A DNA stretch of 64,000 bases from Clostridia bacterium. Its GTDB lineage: Bacteria; Bacillota; Clostridia; Oscillospirales; CAG-272. Positions within the stretch are counted from its first letter, which is position 1. Each line of letters begins with the position of its first letter. Positions 39,947 through 49,311 of this stretch are shown in pieces. Made by a program: the position numbers and the translations under genes. The DNA lies in contig JAFTRY010000030.1 of the NCBI GenBank assembly GCA_017462035.1, positions 874 through 64,873 on the forward strand, read 5' to 3'. Under the pieces are notes generated by a model. It was not told where the DNA came from and searched no databases. It worked only from the letters and a program-made list of their open reading frames with translations.

Positions 39947-40584
39947 TTAACGGAATGGATATGCTCCGTGTGGGAATCTACGGAGGAACCTTTGCCCCCA
40001 TTCACAACGGACACGTGGCGGCGGCAAAGGCGTTTATGGAGCAAATGAAGCTGGATTACCTGTTCATTATTCCCACTTACCTGCCTCCCCATAAACAGGT
40101 GGATTCCTCAGACGATCCCTGGTACCGCTTGAAAATGTGCGAGCTTGCCTTTGAGGGCGTAGATGGGGTGGTGATCTCTGATATGGAGATCCGGCGGGGA
40201 GGAAAAAGCTATACCTATGATACGCTGAAGGAGCTGCAACGTCCCGACACGCGCCTTTTCCTTCTTTGCGGTACCGATATGGTACTCACCTTTGACACCT
40301 GGCACCGCTTCGAGGATATTTTCAAAATGTGTTATCCCATCTACGTCCGGCGGGAAAACGATCCCTTGATTACCAATCGTATCGTGGCGAAGATCGGGGA
40401 ATACTATCAAAAATACGGTGTCATGTTCCGAAAGGTTCAGATGGATCCCATCAACGTATCGTCGACGGAGATCCGTCGGGCGGTAAAGGAGGGAAGGGAT
40501 ATTTCCTCCCTGGTTCCCCCCGGTGTGGAACGGTTTATTCACGAAAACCGATTGTATTTGAGAGAGGAGCAGTCTGATGAGTAA
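39943..40584 (+). CDS. nadD: Nicotinate-nucleotide adenylyltransferase
   Basis: GGTFAPIHNGH, PPHK, SYTYDTL and SSTEIR motifs. Confidence 0.95.
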   Translation: MINGMDMLRVGIYGGTFAPIHNGHVAAAKAFMEQMKLDYLFIIPTYLPPHKQVDSSDDPWYRLKMCELAFEGVDGVVISDMEIRRGGKSYTYDTLKELQRPDTRLFLLCGTDMVLTFDTWHRFEDIFKMCYPIYVRRENDPLITNRIVAKIGEYYQKYGVMFRKVQMDPINVSSTEIRRAVKEGRDISSLVPPGVERFIHENRLYLREEQSDE

Positions 40585-41215
40585 CTTTACGGAGACCATG
40601 CTTGCTGAACTGAGAGAAGGCGTTCGCCGTACCATGTCCGAAAAACGCTTTCGTCATACGGCAGAGGTGGAACGGATGGCGGAACGACTGGGTACACTGT
40701 ACGTGCCCGATCAGATTATGATGCTCCGGGCGGCAGCGTTGCTCCATGATATGACCAAGGAATATTCCCCGGATCATCATTTGATGATCTGCGCGCAAAA
40801 GAATATACCGCTGACTAAGGAGGATGTGTACGCTCCAAAAACCTTTCACGCCAGAACAGCGGCGGTGCTGATTCCCGAGAAATATCCGGCGTTTGCCACA
40901 GAGGAGCTGATCGGCTGTGTTCGTTGGCATACGACGGGACGGCGAGGGATGACCTTGTGCGAAAAACTGCTGTATCTTGCGGATTATATCGATCTGTCCC
41001 GTACCTTTGAGGATTGCGTGAGGCTGAGAAATTATTTCTTTGACGCGAGTCCCGAGACCATGACCGAAAAGGAACGGCTTTCCCATCTGCGGGATACTCT
41101 CATTCTTTCCTTTGACATGACGGTGTCGGCTCTGCTCTTCGAAGGTGCTCCCATCAGCCCCGATACCCTGGATGCCAGAAATGAGCTGGTGATCGAGAAA
41201 AAAGCAGGGAGGTAA
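40577..41215 (+). CDS. yqeK: YqeK-like HD-domain Ap4A hydrolase
   Basis: RFRH, ALLHD, HTTG and YLADY motifs; follows nadD. Confidence 0.88.
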   Translation: MSNFTETMLAELREGVRRTMSEKRFRHTAEVERMAERLGTLYVPDQIMMLRAAALLHDMTKEYSPDHHLMICAQKNIPLTKEDVYAPKTFHARTAAVLIPEKYPAFATEELIGCVRWHTTGRRGMTLCEKLLYLADYIDLSRTFEDCVRLRNYFFDASPETMTEKERLSHLRDTLILSFDMTVSALLFEGAPISPDTLDARNELVIEKKAGR

Positions 41216-41288
41216 TCTACTCCGCTTTCTACATATTTTCGTTTCGTTTCCGTACATAGCCCAATGGCTATGGGAACGGAGGATCGAA

Positions 41289-42287
41289 ATGAATAAGAAA
41301 AAAACGGTTTTTCTATGGTGCTTTTTGGCAATCTCTCTGCTGGCGGGAGGACTCCTTCTCTCCAAGGCGGTCGATCCATCCGAACCATCGGGAACCGCTT
41401 CGGAGGCGTACGCCGAAGAAACGGGGAAAAACGGGGAAAAGGGATATTTTCGGCTCTTGGTCGCCGGTACAGACCGTACTACCCAGCTCTGTGACGTCCT
41501 TCTTCTGCTGTCGCTGAACCGAGATACCGGTGAGATCTGGGGGCTTCAACTGCCCCGGGATACCTATGCAGCCTATTCCTCGGGAAGCTATCGAAAGCTT
41601 AACGGGGCGGCAAATGCCCTGGGCGGAATGGACGAGCTGTGTGCGTTTTTAGAAGAGAGCTTGGGCGTGGGGATCGATCGTTATCTCAGCCTCTCTCCCG
41701 ATGCCTTGAGAAAAGGGGTGGATGCGGTTGGCGGAGTGGACGTGTGGCTGCCAAAGGCGATGAACTATGAGGATCCCGCCCAGGGGCTTTCGATTCATTT
41801 GCCTGCGGGTACCCAGCACCTGGACGGAAGTATGGCGGAGCAATTCGTCCGCTACCGATCCGGGTATACCAGAGGAGACCTGGATCGCATGGATGCCCAA
41901 AAAAGCTTTCTTTCGGCTTTGTATCGCAAGGTGAAAGAAGAAATGACGCTTACCGGAGCGGTGAAATTGGCGATCAGCCTTTTGGGAACGGTAGAAACAA
42001 ATCTGACACTTCCGGATATTACACTGTTGGCGGAATCGCTGTTTTCTGCCGAGGCAGGAGGGATGTTCCTGACAACAGCGCCGGGGGAGGAGGCAACGGC
42101 AACCAAAAGCGGTGCCTCCTATTTCGTCCTGTCAGCACCCGGTATGGAAGAGCTGCTTCGCGAGCATTTCGGTGCCCGAGAGGGAGGCTTCGATCCCAAT
42201 CGGGTGTATCTTAATCAGAGCTATGCCCAGTTCCAAGAGATTTACCGGCGAAAGATCTCCTACGGGAGCTATTCCCTGACCGAATGA
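41289..42287 (+). CDS. LCP (LytR-CpsA-Psr) family protein
   Basis: N-terminal TM; LPRDT, KLN, VDAVGGV and FVRYR...GDLDR motifs. Confidence 0.9.
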   Translation: MNKKKTVFLWCFLAISLLAGGLLLSKAVDPSEPSGTASEAYAEETGKNGEKGYFRLLVAGTDRTTQLCDVLLLLSLNRDTGEIWGLQLPRDTYAAYSSGSYRKLNGAANALGGMDELCAFLEESLGVGIDRYLSLSPDALRKGVDAVGGVDVWLPKAMNYEDPAQGLSIHLPAGTQHLDGSMAEQFVRYRSGYTRGDLDRMDAQKSFLSALYRKVKEEMTLTGAVKLAISLLGTVETNLTLPDITLLAESLFSAEAGGMFLTTAPGEEATATKSGASYFVLSAPGMEELLREHFGAREGGFDPNRVYLNQSYAQFQEIYRRKISYGSYSLTE

Positions 42288-42350
42288 GAGAAGGTAAAAA
42301 GGAAGGCGGGAAAGAAAGCAAAAGCGAAAAAGCAAAAGCAGAAAATACCC

Positions 42351-42379
42351 TTGACAAATCTGTGGTTATGGATTACAAT
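42351..42379 (+). promoter_or_regulatory. sigma-A promoter for rsfS-leuS
   Basis: TTGACA-17 nt-TACAAT. Confidence 0.75.
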
Positions 42380-42411
42380 AATATGAGTAAATGAAGAAAG
42401 GTTGGCTAAAT

Positions 42412-42774
42412 ATGGATCAGACCGAAACCCAAGTGCTGTCCTCCTTGAAGGACGCGAGTGCCCGCGAGCTGGCGGATGCCATTGCCGAGGTACTGGACTC
42501 GAAAAAAGGAAAAGACATTCAGGTGCTGTACGTGGAAGACAAAACGGTGATTGCGGAGTATTTTGTGCTTTGTACCGGTAACTCCTCCACACAGATCAAA
42601 GCACTGGCAGGAGAGGTGGAATACCGCATGGGATTGCGTGACGTTCAGCCCTACCAGATAGAGGGAAGGGATAACAATTCCTGGTTGCTGTTGGACTACA
42701 GTAACGTGATCGTCCACATCTTCAGCCGTGAGGCAAGAGAATTTTACAATCTGGATAAGCTCTACGCAGATTGA
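42412..42774 (+). CDS. rsfS: Ribosome silencing factor RsfS
   Basis: KKGKDI and WLLLDYSNVIVHIF...REFYNLDKLY motifs. Confidence 0.95.
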   Translation: MDQTETQVLSSLKDASARELADAIAEVLDSKKGKDIQVLYVEDKTVIAEYFVLCTGNSSTQIKALAGEVEYRMGLRDVQPYQIEGRDNNSWLLLDYSNVIVHIFSREAREFYNLDKLYAD

Positions 42775-42799
42775 CAATATTGATAAGGAAGACAGATAC

Positions 42800-45235
42800 A
42801 TGAAGTACAATCATACCGAGATCGAAAAGAAGTGGCAGGAATTTTGGGAAAAGAACCAGACCTTCAAAACCGATGTCTGGGATTTTTCCAAGCCGAAATA
42901 TTACGTACTGGATATGTTCCCCTATCCGTCGGGTGTGGGACTCCACGCGGGTCACCCCGAAGGCTATACCGCGACGGATATTGTTTCCAGAATGAAGCGG
43001 ATGCAGGGCTACAACGTCCTTCACCCCATGGGATACGATTCCTTCGGTTTGCCTGCTGAGCAGTACGCGGTAACGACAGGCAATCACCCCAACGGCTTTA
43101 CCCAAGAGAACATCAAGACCTTCTCAAAGCAGCTGAAGGAGCTTGGCTTTGACTATGACTGGAGCAAGATGATTGCTACCAGTGATCCCGATTTTTACAA
43201 ATGGACTCAATGGATCTTCAAGCAGCTCTACCTGGATGGCTATGCTCAGTACATCGACATGCCCGTGAACTGGTGCGAGGAGCTGGGAACCGTGCTTTCC
43301 AACGACGAGGTCATTGACGGAAAATCCGAGCGGGGCGGTTATCCCGTGGTCAGAAAAAATATGAAGCAGTGGGTCATCAATCAGCCCGCCTTTGCCGAAG
43401 CACTCTTAGAGGGCTTGGACGAGGTGGATTGGCCCGAGTCCACTAAGCTGATGCAGAAGAACTGGATCGGCAAGTCCACCGGTGTGGAAGTAAAATTCCA
43501 GATTGTGGGCGGGGGAGAATTTTCCATCTTTACCACCTGTATTGAAACCATTTACGGGATTACCTTTATGGTTCTGGCTCCCGACGGAGACATCGTAAAG
43601 ACCCTGATGCCCAGGATCCAGAACAAGGAAGAGGTGCAGGCGTATATTGATGAGACTCTCAAGAAGAACGACATGGACCGCACCGAGCTGAACAAGACCA
43701 AGTCGGGTTGTGAGCTGAAGGGTGTGACCTGTATCAACCCCGTCAACGGCAGAGAAGTGAGAATGTTCATTGGTGACTTCGTTCTGGCAAGCTACGGAAC
43801 GGGTGCCGTCATGGCGGTTCCTTCCCATGACCAGCGTGACTTTGAGTATGCGATCGCTCACAACATCGATATGCTCCAGGTCATCGACGGTGACGAGAAG
43901 CTTGGTCACGTGGACGTATCCGAAAAGGCCTTTGAGAAGGGTGAATACTTAGGACGCGGCTACCGCCTCATCAATTCCGAGGAGTTCACGGGACTGACCG
44001 TGGAGGAAGCCAAGGAAGCCATTACCGCAAAGCTTGAGAAGATGGGCGTTGCCAAGAGAACGGTCAACTACCACTTCCGTGAGTGGATCTTTGCCAGACA
44101 GCGTTACTGGGGTGAGCCTGTTCCCGTGGTACATGGAGAGGATGGCACTATTCACGTTCTGGACGACGCGGAGCTTCCCTTGGTTCTGCCCGAACTGGAA
44201 AACTATAAGGGAGTTAACGGAAAGGCACCTCTGGAGAATGCAACGGATTGGAAGCAATACGACAAGAATGGAGTGAAGGGCACGAGAGAGACCTCTACCA
44301 TGCCTGGCTCCGCGGGCTCCAGCTGGTACTTTCTTCGTTACATTGACCCCAAGAATGAAAATGCCTTTGCCGATCCAGAGCTTTTGAAGCACTGGATGCC
44401 CGTGGACCTGTATATTGGCGGTCCCGAGCATGCGGTGGGACATCTGATGTACTCCAGAATTTGGAATAGATACCTGTATAATAAGGGATTGGCACCCACG
44501 AAGGAGCCCTTCAAGAAGCTGGTTCACCAGGGGATGATCTTAGGCTCCAACGGTATTAAAATGGGTAAGCGTTTTCCTGAATTTGTCGTGAACCCCAGTG
44601 ACGTGGTTCGTGACTACGGCGCGGATACGCTGAGATTGTACGAAATGTTCATGGGTCCCCTTGAGGTGTCCAAGCCTTGGAGTGACCAGGGCGTAGAGGG
44701 CGCGAGAAGATTCCTGAACCGTGTGTGGGCGTTCTTTACCGAAGCGGAACATATCGTGGACGGTGAGGTTCCCGCGCTGGAGAAGATTTACCATAAGAGC
44801 GTCAAGAAAATCACCGAGGATTTTGAAAAGCTGGGCTTCAATACAGCAATTTCCCAGATGATGATCTTCGTCAACGCAGTTTATAAGGAAGGCAAATGTC
44901 CCAAAGCATATGCGGAAGGGCTTATCAAGATGCTGTCCTGTATCTGTCCTCATATCGGCGAGGAGCTTTGGTCTATTCTCGGACATGAGGATACCATCGC
45001 CTATGAGCCGTGGCCTACCTATGATGAAGATAAAACCGCGGATGATACCGTGGAAGTAGTGGTACAGATCAACGGTAAAGTGAGAGGAAAGATCAATGTT
45101 CCTGTAGATCTGGCTCAGGACCAAGTGCTGGCAATTGCCAAAGCGGACGAGAGGATCGCGGCGGCAATGGAGGGCAAGACCGTGGTCAAGGAGATCGTGG
45201 TACCTGGCAAGATCGTAAATATCGTGGTTCGTTGA
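42800..45235 (+). CDS. leuS: Leucyl-tRNA synthetase (divergent signature motifs)
   Basis: LDMFPYPSG-GLHAGH, GYDSFGLPAEQYA, GTGAVMAVPSHDQRD, RQRYWGEP, GADTLRLYEMFMGP and VQINGKVRG motifs. Confidence 0.97.
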   Translation: MKYNHTEIEKKWQEFWEKNQTFKTDVWDFSKPKYYVLDMFPYPSGVGLHAGHPEGYTATDIVSRMKRMQGYNVLHPMGYDSFGLPAEQYAVTTGNHPNGFTQENIKTFSKQLKELGFDYDWSKMIATSDPDFYKWTQWIFKQLYLDGYAQYIDMPVNWCEELGTVLSNDEVIDGKSERGGYPVVRKNMKQWVINQPAFAEALLEGLDEVDWPESTKLMQKNWIGKSTGVEVKFQIVGGGEFSIFTTCIETIYGITFMVLAPDGDIVKTLMPRIQNKEEVQAYIDETLKKNDMDRTELNKTKSGCELKGVTCINPVNGREVRMFIGDFVLASYGTGAVMAVPSHDQRDFEYAIAHNIDMLQVIDGDEKLGHVDVSEKAFEKGEYLGRGYRLINSEEFTGLTVEEAKEAITAKLEKMGVAKRTVNYHFREWIFARQRYWGEPVPVVHGEDGTIHVLDDAELPLVLPELENYKGVNGKAPLENATDWKQYDKNGVKGTRETSTMPGSAGSSWYFLRYIDPKNENAFADPELLKHWMPVDLYIGGPEHAVGHLMYSRIWNRYLYNKGLAPTKEPFKKLVHQGMILGSNGIKMGKRFPEFVVNPSDVVRDYGADTLRLYEMFMGPLEVSKPWSDQGVEGARRFLNRVWAFFTEAEHIVDGEVPALEKIYHKSVKKITEDFEKLGFNTAISQMMIFVNAVYKEGKCPKAYAEGLIKMLSCICPHIGEELWSILGHEDTIAYEPWPTYDEDKTADDTVEVVVQINGKVRGKINVPVDLAQDQVLAIAKADERIAAAMEGKTVVKEIVVPGKIVNIVVR

Positions 45236-45329
45236 TAAATAAAAGGCACCCCTATGGGAGTATTTATGCACCCATGGGGGCTTTTTGCCCAATAAAGGAC
45301 TTGACCAATCAAAGAAAGGAAGTAAGATC

Positions 45330-47459
45330 ATGTTTTTGAAAGCAGTTCCTGTATTTTCAGAAGGTAGGGAAACCGCTATGAACGAGCAACTGCTGCTCCG
45401 CGCCGAAACCGAAAGTCTTGCCGGAACCGTTCTGCTTGTGTCTGCCGTATCCTTTTACCGCCTTACCGTCAACGGACAGTTTGTTGCCTTCGGTCCTGCC
45501 CGAACGGCAAAGGGCTACGCAAGGGTAGACGAGATTTCTTTGGAGAAGTACGAGACGAGCAGTGACATCAATGTGATTGAGATCCTGGTGGCAGGGTATT
45601 ATTGTTGCTCTCTCGCTACAGTCCGCCAGCCCTCTTTCGTTGTGGCGGAGCTGAGACGGGGCGAGGAGGTGCTTCTCTGTACCGGTAAGGATCTCGAGGG
45701 ATTTCGCTTTTGTCATCGAGTGCGTGCCGTCGAGCGCTATTCTGCTCAGAGACACTTCGGAGAGGTTTGGGATTATACCGAACAGAATCCTTACTCTCCC
45801 GCCTACCGAGTGAACCTGACTCCCGTGGAAGCACCTCAATATTTGCCTCGTCGCGTCCCCTATCCTACCTATGAAATTCAGGCGGCAGAGGGCTTTGCTT
45901 CCCGGGGCAGATTCCGATATGAGGAAGCCAGACCCTGTCGTCAGACCCGTGCTTCCTTTCCTATTAACGAACGGTGGGGAGGTTATGGGGAAGAAGAGAT
46001 TCCCGTCAAACCCTACCGATGGATCCAAAAGCAACAGATGGAGAAAAAGGAGGGAAGGGGAAGCTTTCCCGTGACGCTGGGAGAGGGAGAGTATATTACG
46101 GTGGATCTCGGACGGATCGAGTGCGGATTCCTTTCCATGATAGCGGAGGCGGAAGAGGACGCGGATGTGGTTCTGGGCTTTGCCGAGCTTTGCGATCCCG
46201 ATGTCCCCCTGGGCTTCAACGAGATTTGCGAACCCGGTACCTGTGCCTTTACTAATATTAATGCTCAGAACGTGATCGAATATTTTCTTCCCCGAGGAAA
46301 AGAGATCTGTGCCGAGAGCTTTGAACCCTATACTTGCCGCATCGCCGTCATCATGGTGAAAAAGGGAAAGCTCCGATTGAGCTCTTTCTACGTTCGTACC
46401 TTTGAATATCCCCGAGATCGGCTTCTTGACCACCCGGTTCAGGATCCTAAGCTGAGAGAAATCAGTGAAGCGGCAAAGACCACCTTCGTCCATAACGCGG
46501 TGGATCTGTATACCGATTGTCCTTCCCGAGAACGGGCAGGCTGGCTCTGCGATTCCTTCTTTACGGGTAGAGCCGAATATTTCCTGACAGGCAGCACAGT
46601 GGTGGAGGATGCGTTCCTTGAGAACTACCGGCTGTATCAGAACGAGGGAGAATTTCCCGAGGGTGCGTTGCCCATGTGTTACCCCGCCGATTTTCAGGAT
46701 GATAATAAATTTATTCCACAGTGGATGATGTGGTACGTCATTGAGGTGGGAGAATATCTGACTCTGAGAAATCCGAAGGCTGGCCGTGAGCTGTTCCGTG
46801 ACAGCGTGTACGGGATCATGAAAATGTTGGAGAGATACGAGAACGAGGATGGACTTTTGGAGGATCTGCCAAGCTGGAATTTCGTGGAGTGGTCTACCGC
46901 TAATAAATGGGTTCAGAATGTCAACTACCCCTCCAACTTCCTCTATGCTGAAATGCTGCGCGCCATTGGCAATACCTATGACGAGCCGTCTCTGTTACGT
47001 AAGGCGGAAAGGGTAGCGAAGACGACTCGGGAAAGATCCTTTGACGGGGAGGTGTTCATTGATAACGCCCTGAGAGGAGAGGACGGGGTCCTCCGTAATA
47101 CCAGAAACTCTTCGGAGGCGGGACAGTATTACGCCATTCTCTTTGGCGGCGTGGAGTTGAACGCTTCTCCCTACGAAAGGCTCCGAGAACATATTCAGAA
47201 CAGCTTTGCTACCTTCGACAAAACGGACCGAGCCTTCGTGCCGGTGAATGCGTTTATTGGATTCTATCTGCGTATTGCGGCACTGATGATGCTGGGAGAG
47301 CGGGAGGTGCTGTCACAAGACCTGAAGCGTTTCTTTGGCGGAATGGTTGCCTCTACGGGGACACTGTGGGAATATAAGACGCAAATAGGTAGCCACGACC
47401 ACGGCTTTGCCGCCTTTGCGGCACTGGCAATCGGCTTTGTGGAGAAAAGCGAAAAATAA
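45330..47459 (+). CDS. GH78-like glycoside hydrolase (alpha-L-rhamnosidase related), no signal peptide
   Basis: TDCPSRERAGWLCD catalytic-region motif and TGTLWE...SHDHGF near the C-terminus. Confidence 0.8.
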   Translation: MFLKAVPVFSEGRETAMNEQLLLRAETESLAGTVLLVSAVSFYRLTVNGQFVAFGPARTAKGYARVDEISLEKYETSSDINVIEILVAGYYCCSLATVRQPSFVVAELRRGEEVLLCTGKDLEGFRFCHRVRAVERYSAQRHFGEVWDYTEQNPYSPAYRVNLTPVEAPQYLPRRVPYPTYEIQAAEGFASRGRFRYEEARPCRQTRASFPINERWGGYGEEEIPVKPYRWIQKQQMEKKEGRGSFPVTLGEGEYITVDLGRIECGFLSMIAEAEEDADVVLGFAELCDPDVPLGFNEICEPGTCAFTNINAQNVIEYFLPRGKEICAESFEPYTCRIAVIMVKKGKLRLSSFYVRTFEYPRDRLLDHPVQDPKLREISEAAKTTFVHNAVDLYTDCPSRERAGWLCDSFFTGRAEYFLTGSTVVEDAFLENYRLYQNEGEFPEGALPMCYPADFQDDNKFIPQWMMWYVIEVGEYLTLRNPKAGRELFRDSVYGIMKMLERYENEDGLLEDLPSWNFVEWSTANKWVQNVNYPSNFLYAEMLRAIGNTYDEPSLLRKAERVAKTTRERSFDGEVFIDNALRGEDGVLRNTRNSSEAGQYYAILFGGVELNASPYERLREHIQNSFATFDKTDRAFVPVNAFIGFYLRIAALMMLGEREVLSQDLKRFFGGMVASTGTLWEYKTQIGSHDHGFAAFAALAIGFVEKSEK

Positions 47460-47481
47460 AAATTAAACTTAAAAAAAGGTA

Positions 47482-47510
47482 TTGACAAACAAGGGAAAAT
47501 CGTGTATAAT
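47482..47510 (+). promoter_or_regulatory. sigma-A promoter for rpsU
   Basis: Perfect TTGACA-17 nt-TATAAT. Confidence 0.85.
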
Positions 47511-47561
47511 ATTATTCGATTTAATTGTCTCTGGCAATAGCGGAGGGAGGGAAAACAGAAA

Positions 47562-47738
47562 ATGGCAGAAATCAGAGTGAAAGAAGGCGAGTCCCTGGAC
47601 AGCGCACTTCGTCGCTTTAAGAGAGCAATGGCTCGTTCCGGCGTCCTCACCGAGCTTCGCAAGAGAGAACACTATGAGAAGCCCAGCGTAAAGCGCAAAA
47701 AGAAGTCGGAAGCCGCTCGCAAGAGAAAATACAAATAA
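47562..47738 (+). CDS. rpsU: 30S ribosomal protein S21 (58 aa; not in the ORF track)
   Basis: Hand translation [58 protein letters not shown]; GGAGG RBS. Confidence 0.98.
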   Translation: MAEIRVKEGESLDSALRRFKRAMARSGVLTELRKREHYEKPSVKRKKKSEAARKRKYK

Positions 47739-47759
47739 TTTTCTTTTCACCATACAACG

Positions 47760-47787
47760 ACGGGATCGCAAAAGCGATCCCGTTTTT
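47760..47787 (+). terminator. rpsU terminator
   Basis: ACGGGATCGC-AAAA-GCGATCCCGT plus T run. Confidence 0.8.
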
Positions 47788-47791
47788 GTCG

Positions 47792-48874
47792 TTAATTCAA
47801 TTCCTTCGGCAGAGCGATCAGATTCAGATCCCAAGCGGGAACGTAAGGATAACGGCGTAGATACAGACGGTAATCGGGTGCCATGGTGTGAAGCTGTAGA
47901 GGAAGTGCAAATAAATCCTCGCTTCGGTGGTAGACGGAAATCAATAGACGGGGACGGCAACGGCGAATTACCTCGGAAGAACCGATCAAAGCCTCCCCTT
48001 CAGCACCTTCTACGTCATATTTAATGTAATCCACCCACCCGTCTCCCACAAGGGAATCGAGGGAACGGGCGGCAACCTCAACCTGCTTTCCCGGGGCAAA
48101 GGCACCGGAATTGCGATTTCCGCTGTCAGCAAAAAAGAGCCGCTCCTCTCTCGACCACGCCGCGCCGTGAAAGGCGTGAACCGTGGGGGTGCCCAATTTC
48201 TGAATAAACTCGCTGAGCTTTCGAAAATTTCTTCGATCCGGCTCCATGGCGTATACCTCGGAGAGAAGAGGCGCATACTTCATCAGTTCCCGAACGGTGT
48301 CTCCATTGTAGGCACCAAGATCTGCCGCCAAACGAATGCTTTTGGCGTCAAGAAGAGAGGAGTATACCTCATCCCTGTCTGACTCCGCCGCCTTCAGACA
48401 GTCGATCCGTCCCGTCAGCTTGTAGGCAACCGTGTTCTCAAAGATCCGTCGGGATTCGTCATCGGCAAGGAGTGAATAGACCTGCCGGAGCTCCCCGCTG
48501 TGCTTCTGGGCAAATTCCAGATTGAACAGTGCCTCGCCGCAGACCGGAACGTCGGGGGCGTAAAACTCGCACTCGGAGGCAACCGCGTCAAAGAGAGCCA
48601 AAACCGAGGGCAGAGAGCTGGCAAAGGAAAGCAGAACGATCAGGTTTTCACACCCGTACTTTTCCTTGACCTGGGTGTAGCTCAGTACCGTTTTTCCGTG
48701 AAAGCTGTGACCGCGTACAAACCCGTCACTGGCGAAGAAATCCGATACCTTAATGCCGTATTGCTGGCAAATGTTCAAAATTTTATCCGCACCGTTTCCC
48801 ATTCCGTACATTACAACGGTCTTTTCGGTGCCCTGTAAATAGCTCCATAGATCACGCTTGATAGGGAAAATCAT
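47792..48874 (-). CDS. FkbM-family SAM-dependent methyltransferase
   Basis: DLGAYNGDT, AMEPD, YIKYDVEGAE and ISVYH motifs; N-terminal YGMGNGA domain. Confidence 0.9.
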   Translation of the reverse strand: MIFPIKRDLWSYLQGTEKTVVMYGMGNGADKILNICQQYGIKVSDFFASDGFVRGHSFHGKTVLSYTQVKEKYGCENLIVLLSFASSLPSVLALFDAVASECEFYAPDVPVCGEALFNLEFAQKHSGELRQVYSLLADDESRRIFENTVAYKLTGRIDCLKAAESDRDEVYSSLLDAKSIRLAADLGAYNGDTVRELMKYAPLLSEVYAMEPDRRNFRKLSEFIQKLGTPTVHAFHGAAWSREERLFFADSGNRNSGAFAPGKQVEVAARSLDSLVGDGWVDYIKYDVEGAEGEALIGSSEVIRRCRPRLLISVYHRSEDLFALPLQLHTMAPDYRLYLRRYPYVPAWDLNLIALPKELN

Positions 48875-48970
48875 GATCCCTCCTTGACTTTTCGAGGATT
48901 CTGTGATATGATTATGCTGTTATCAATTACAGCCTGAATCATTATAACATAACATGGAGGAAAAATCAAG

Positions 48971-49309
48971 ATGGATTGCATTTTCTGTAAGATCGCCGAG
49001 GGAACGATCCCCTCAAAACAGTTGTACGAAAACGAGTACTGCCTGGCGTTTCACGACATCAATCCCCAGACCCCTGTACATATTCTGGTGATCCCCAAGC
49101 TTCATATCGGCTCGGCAGATGAGGTAACCGAGAAGAACAGTGTTTACCTTCAAAAGATCTTTGAGGCAATTCCGCAGATCGCCAAGCAGGCGGGACTCAC
49201 CGGTGGATACCGTGTGATCACCAATTGCGGCGAGGACGGATGCCAGAGCGTAAAGCATCTGCACTTCCACATCTTGGGCGGCAAGAAATTGCCCGAGAAT
49301 ATGGGCTGA
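48971..49309 (+). CDS. Histidine triad nucleotide-binding protein (Hint)
   Basis: DCIFCKI, FHDINPQTPVHILVIPK and QSVKHLHFHILGG motifs. Confidence 0.95.
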   Translation: MDCIFCKIAEGTIPSKQLYENEYCLAFHDINPQTPVHILVIPKLHIGSADEVTEKNSVYLQKIFEAIPQIAKQAGLTGGYRVITNCGEDGCQSVKHLHFHILGGKKLPENMG

Positions 49310-49311
49310 GC

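Noticed and set aside
42290-42345. AAAGC-type short repeats (similar AACGAGAAAAG repeats at about 52920-52955)
   Set aside because: Low-complexity purine-rich intergenic sequence without unique spacers; not a CRISPR array.
47469-47960. 163-aa minus-strand ORF over rpsU
   Set aside because: The region is explained by rpsU, its promoter and terminator, and the 3' end of the FkbM gene.
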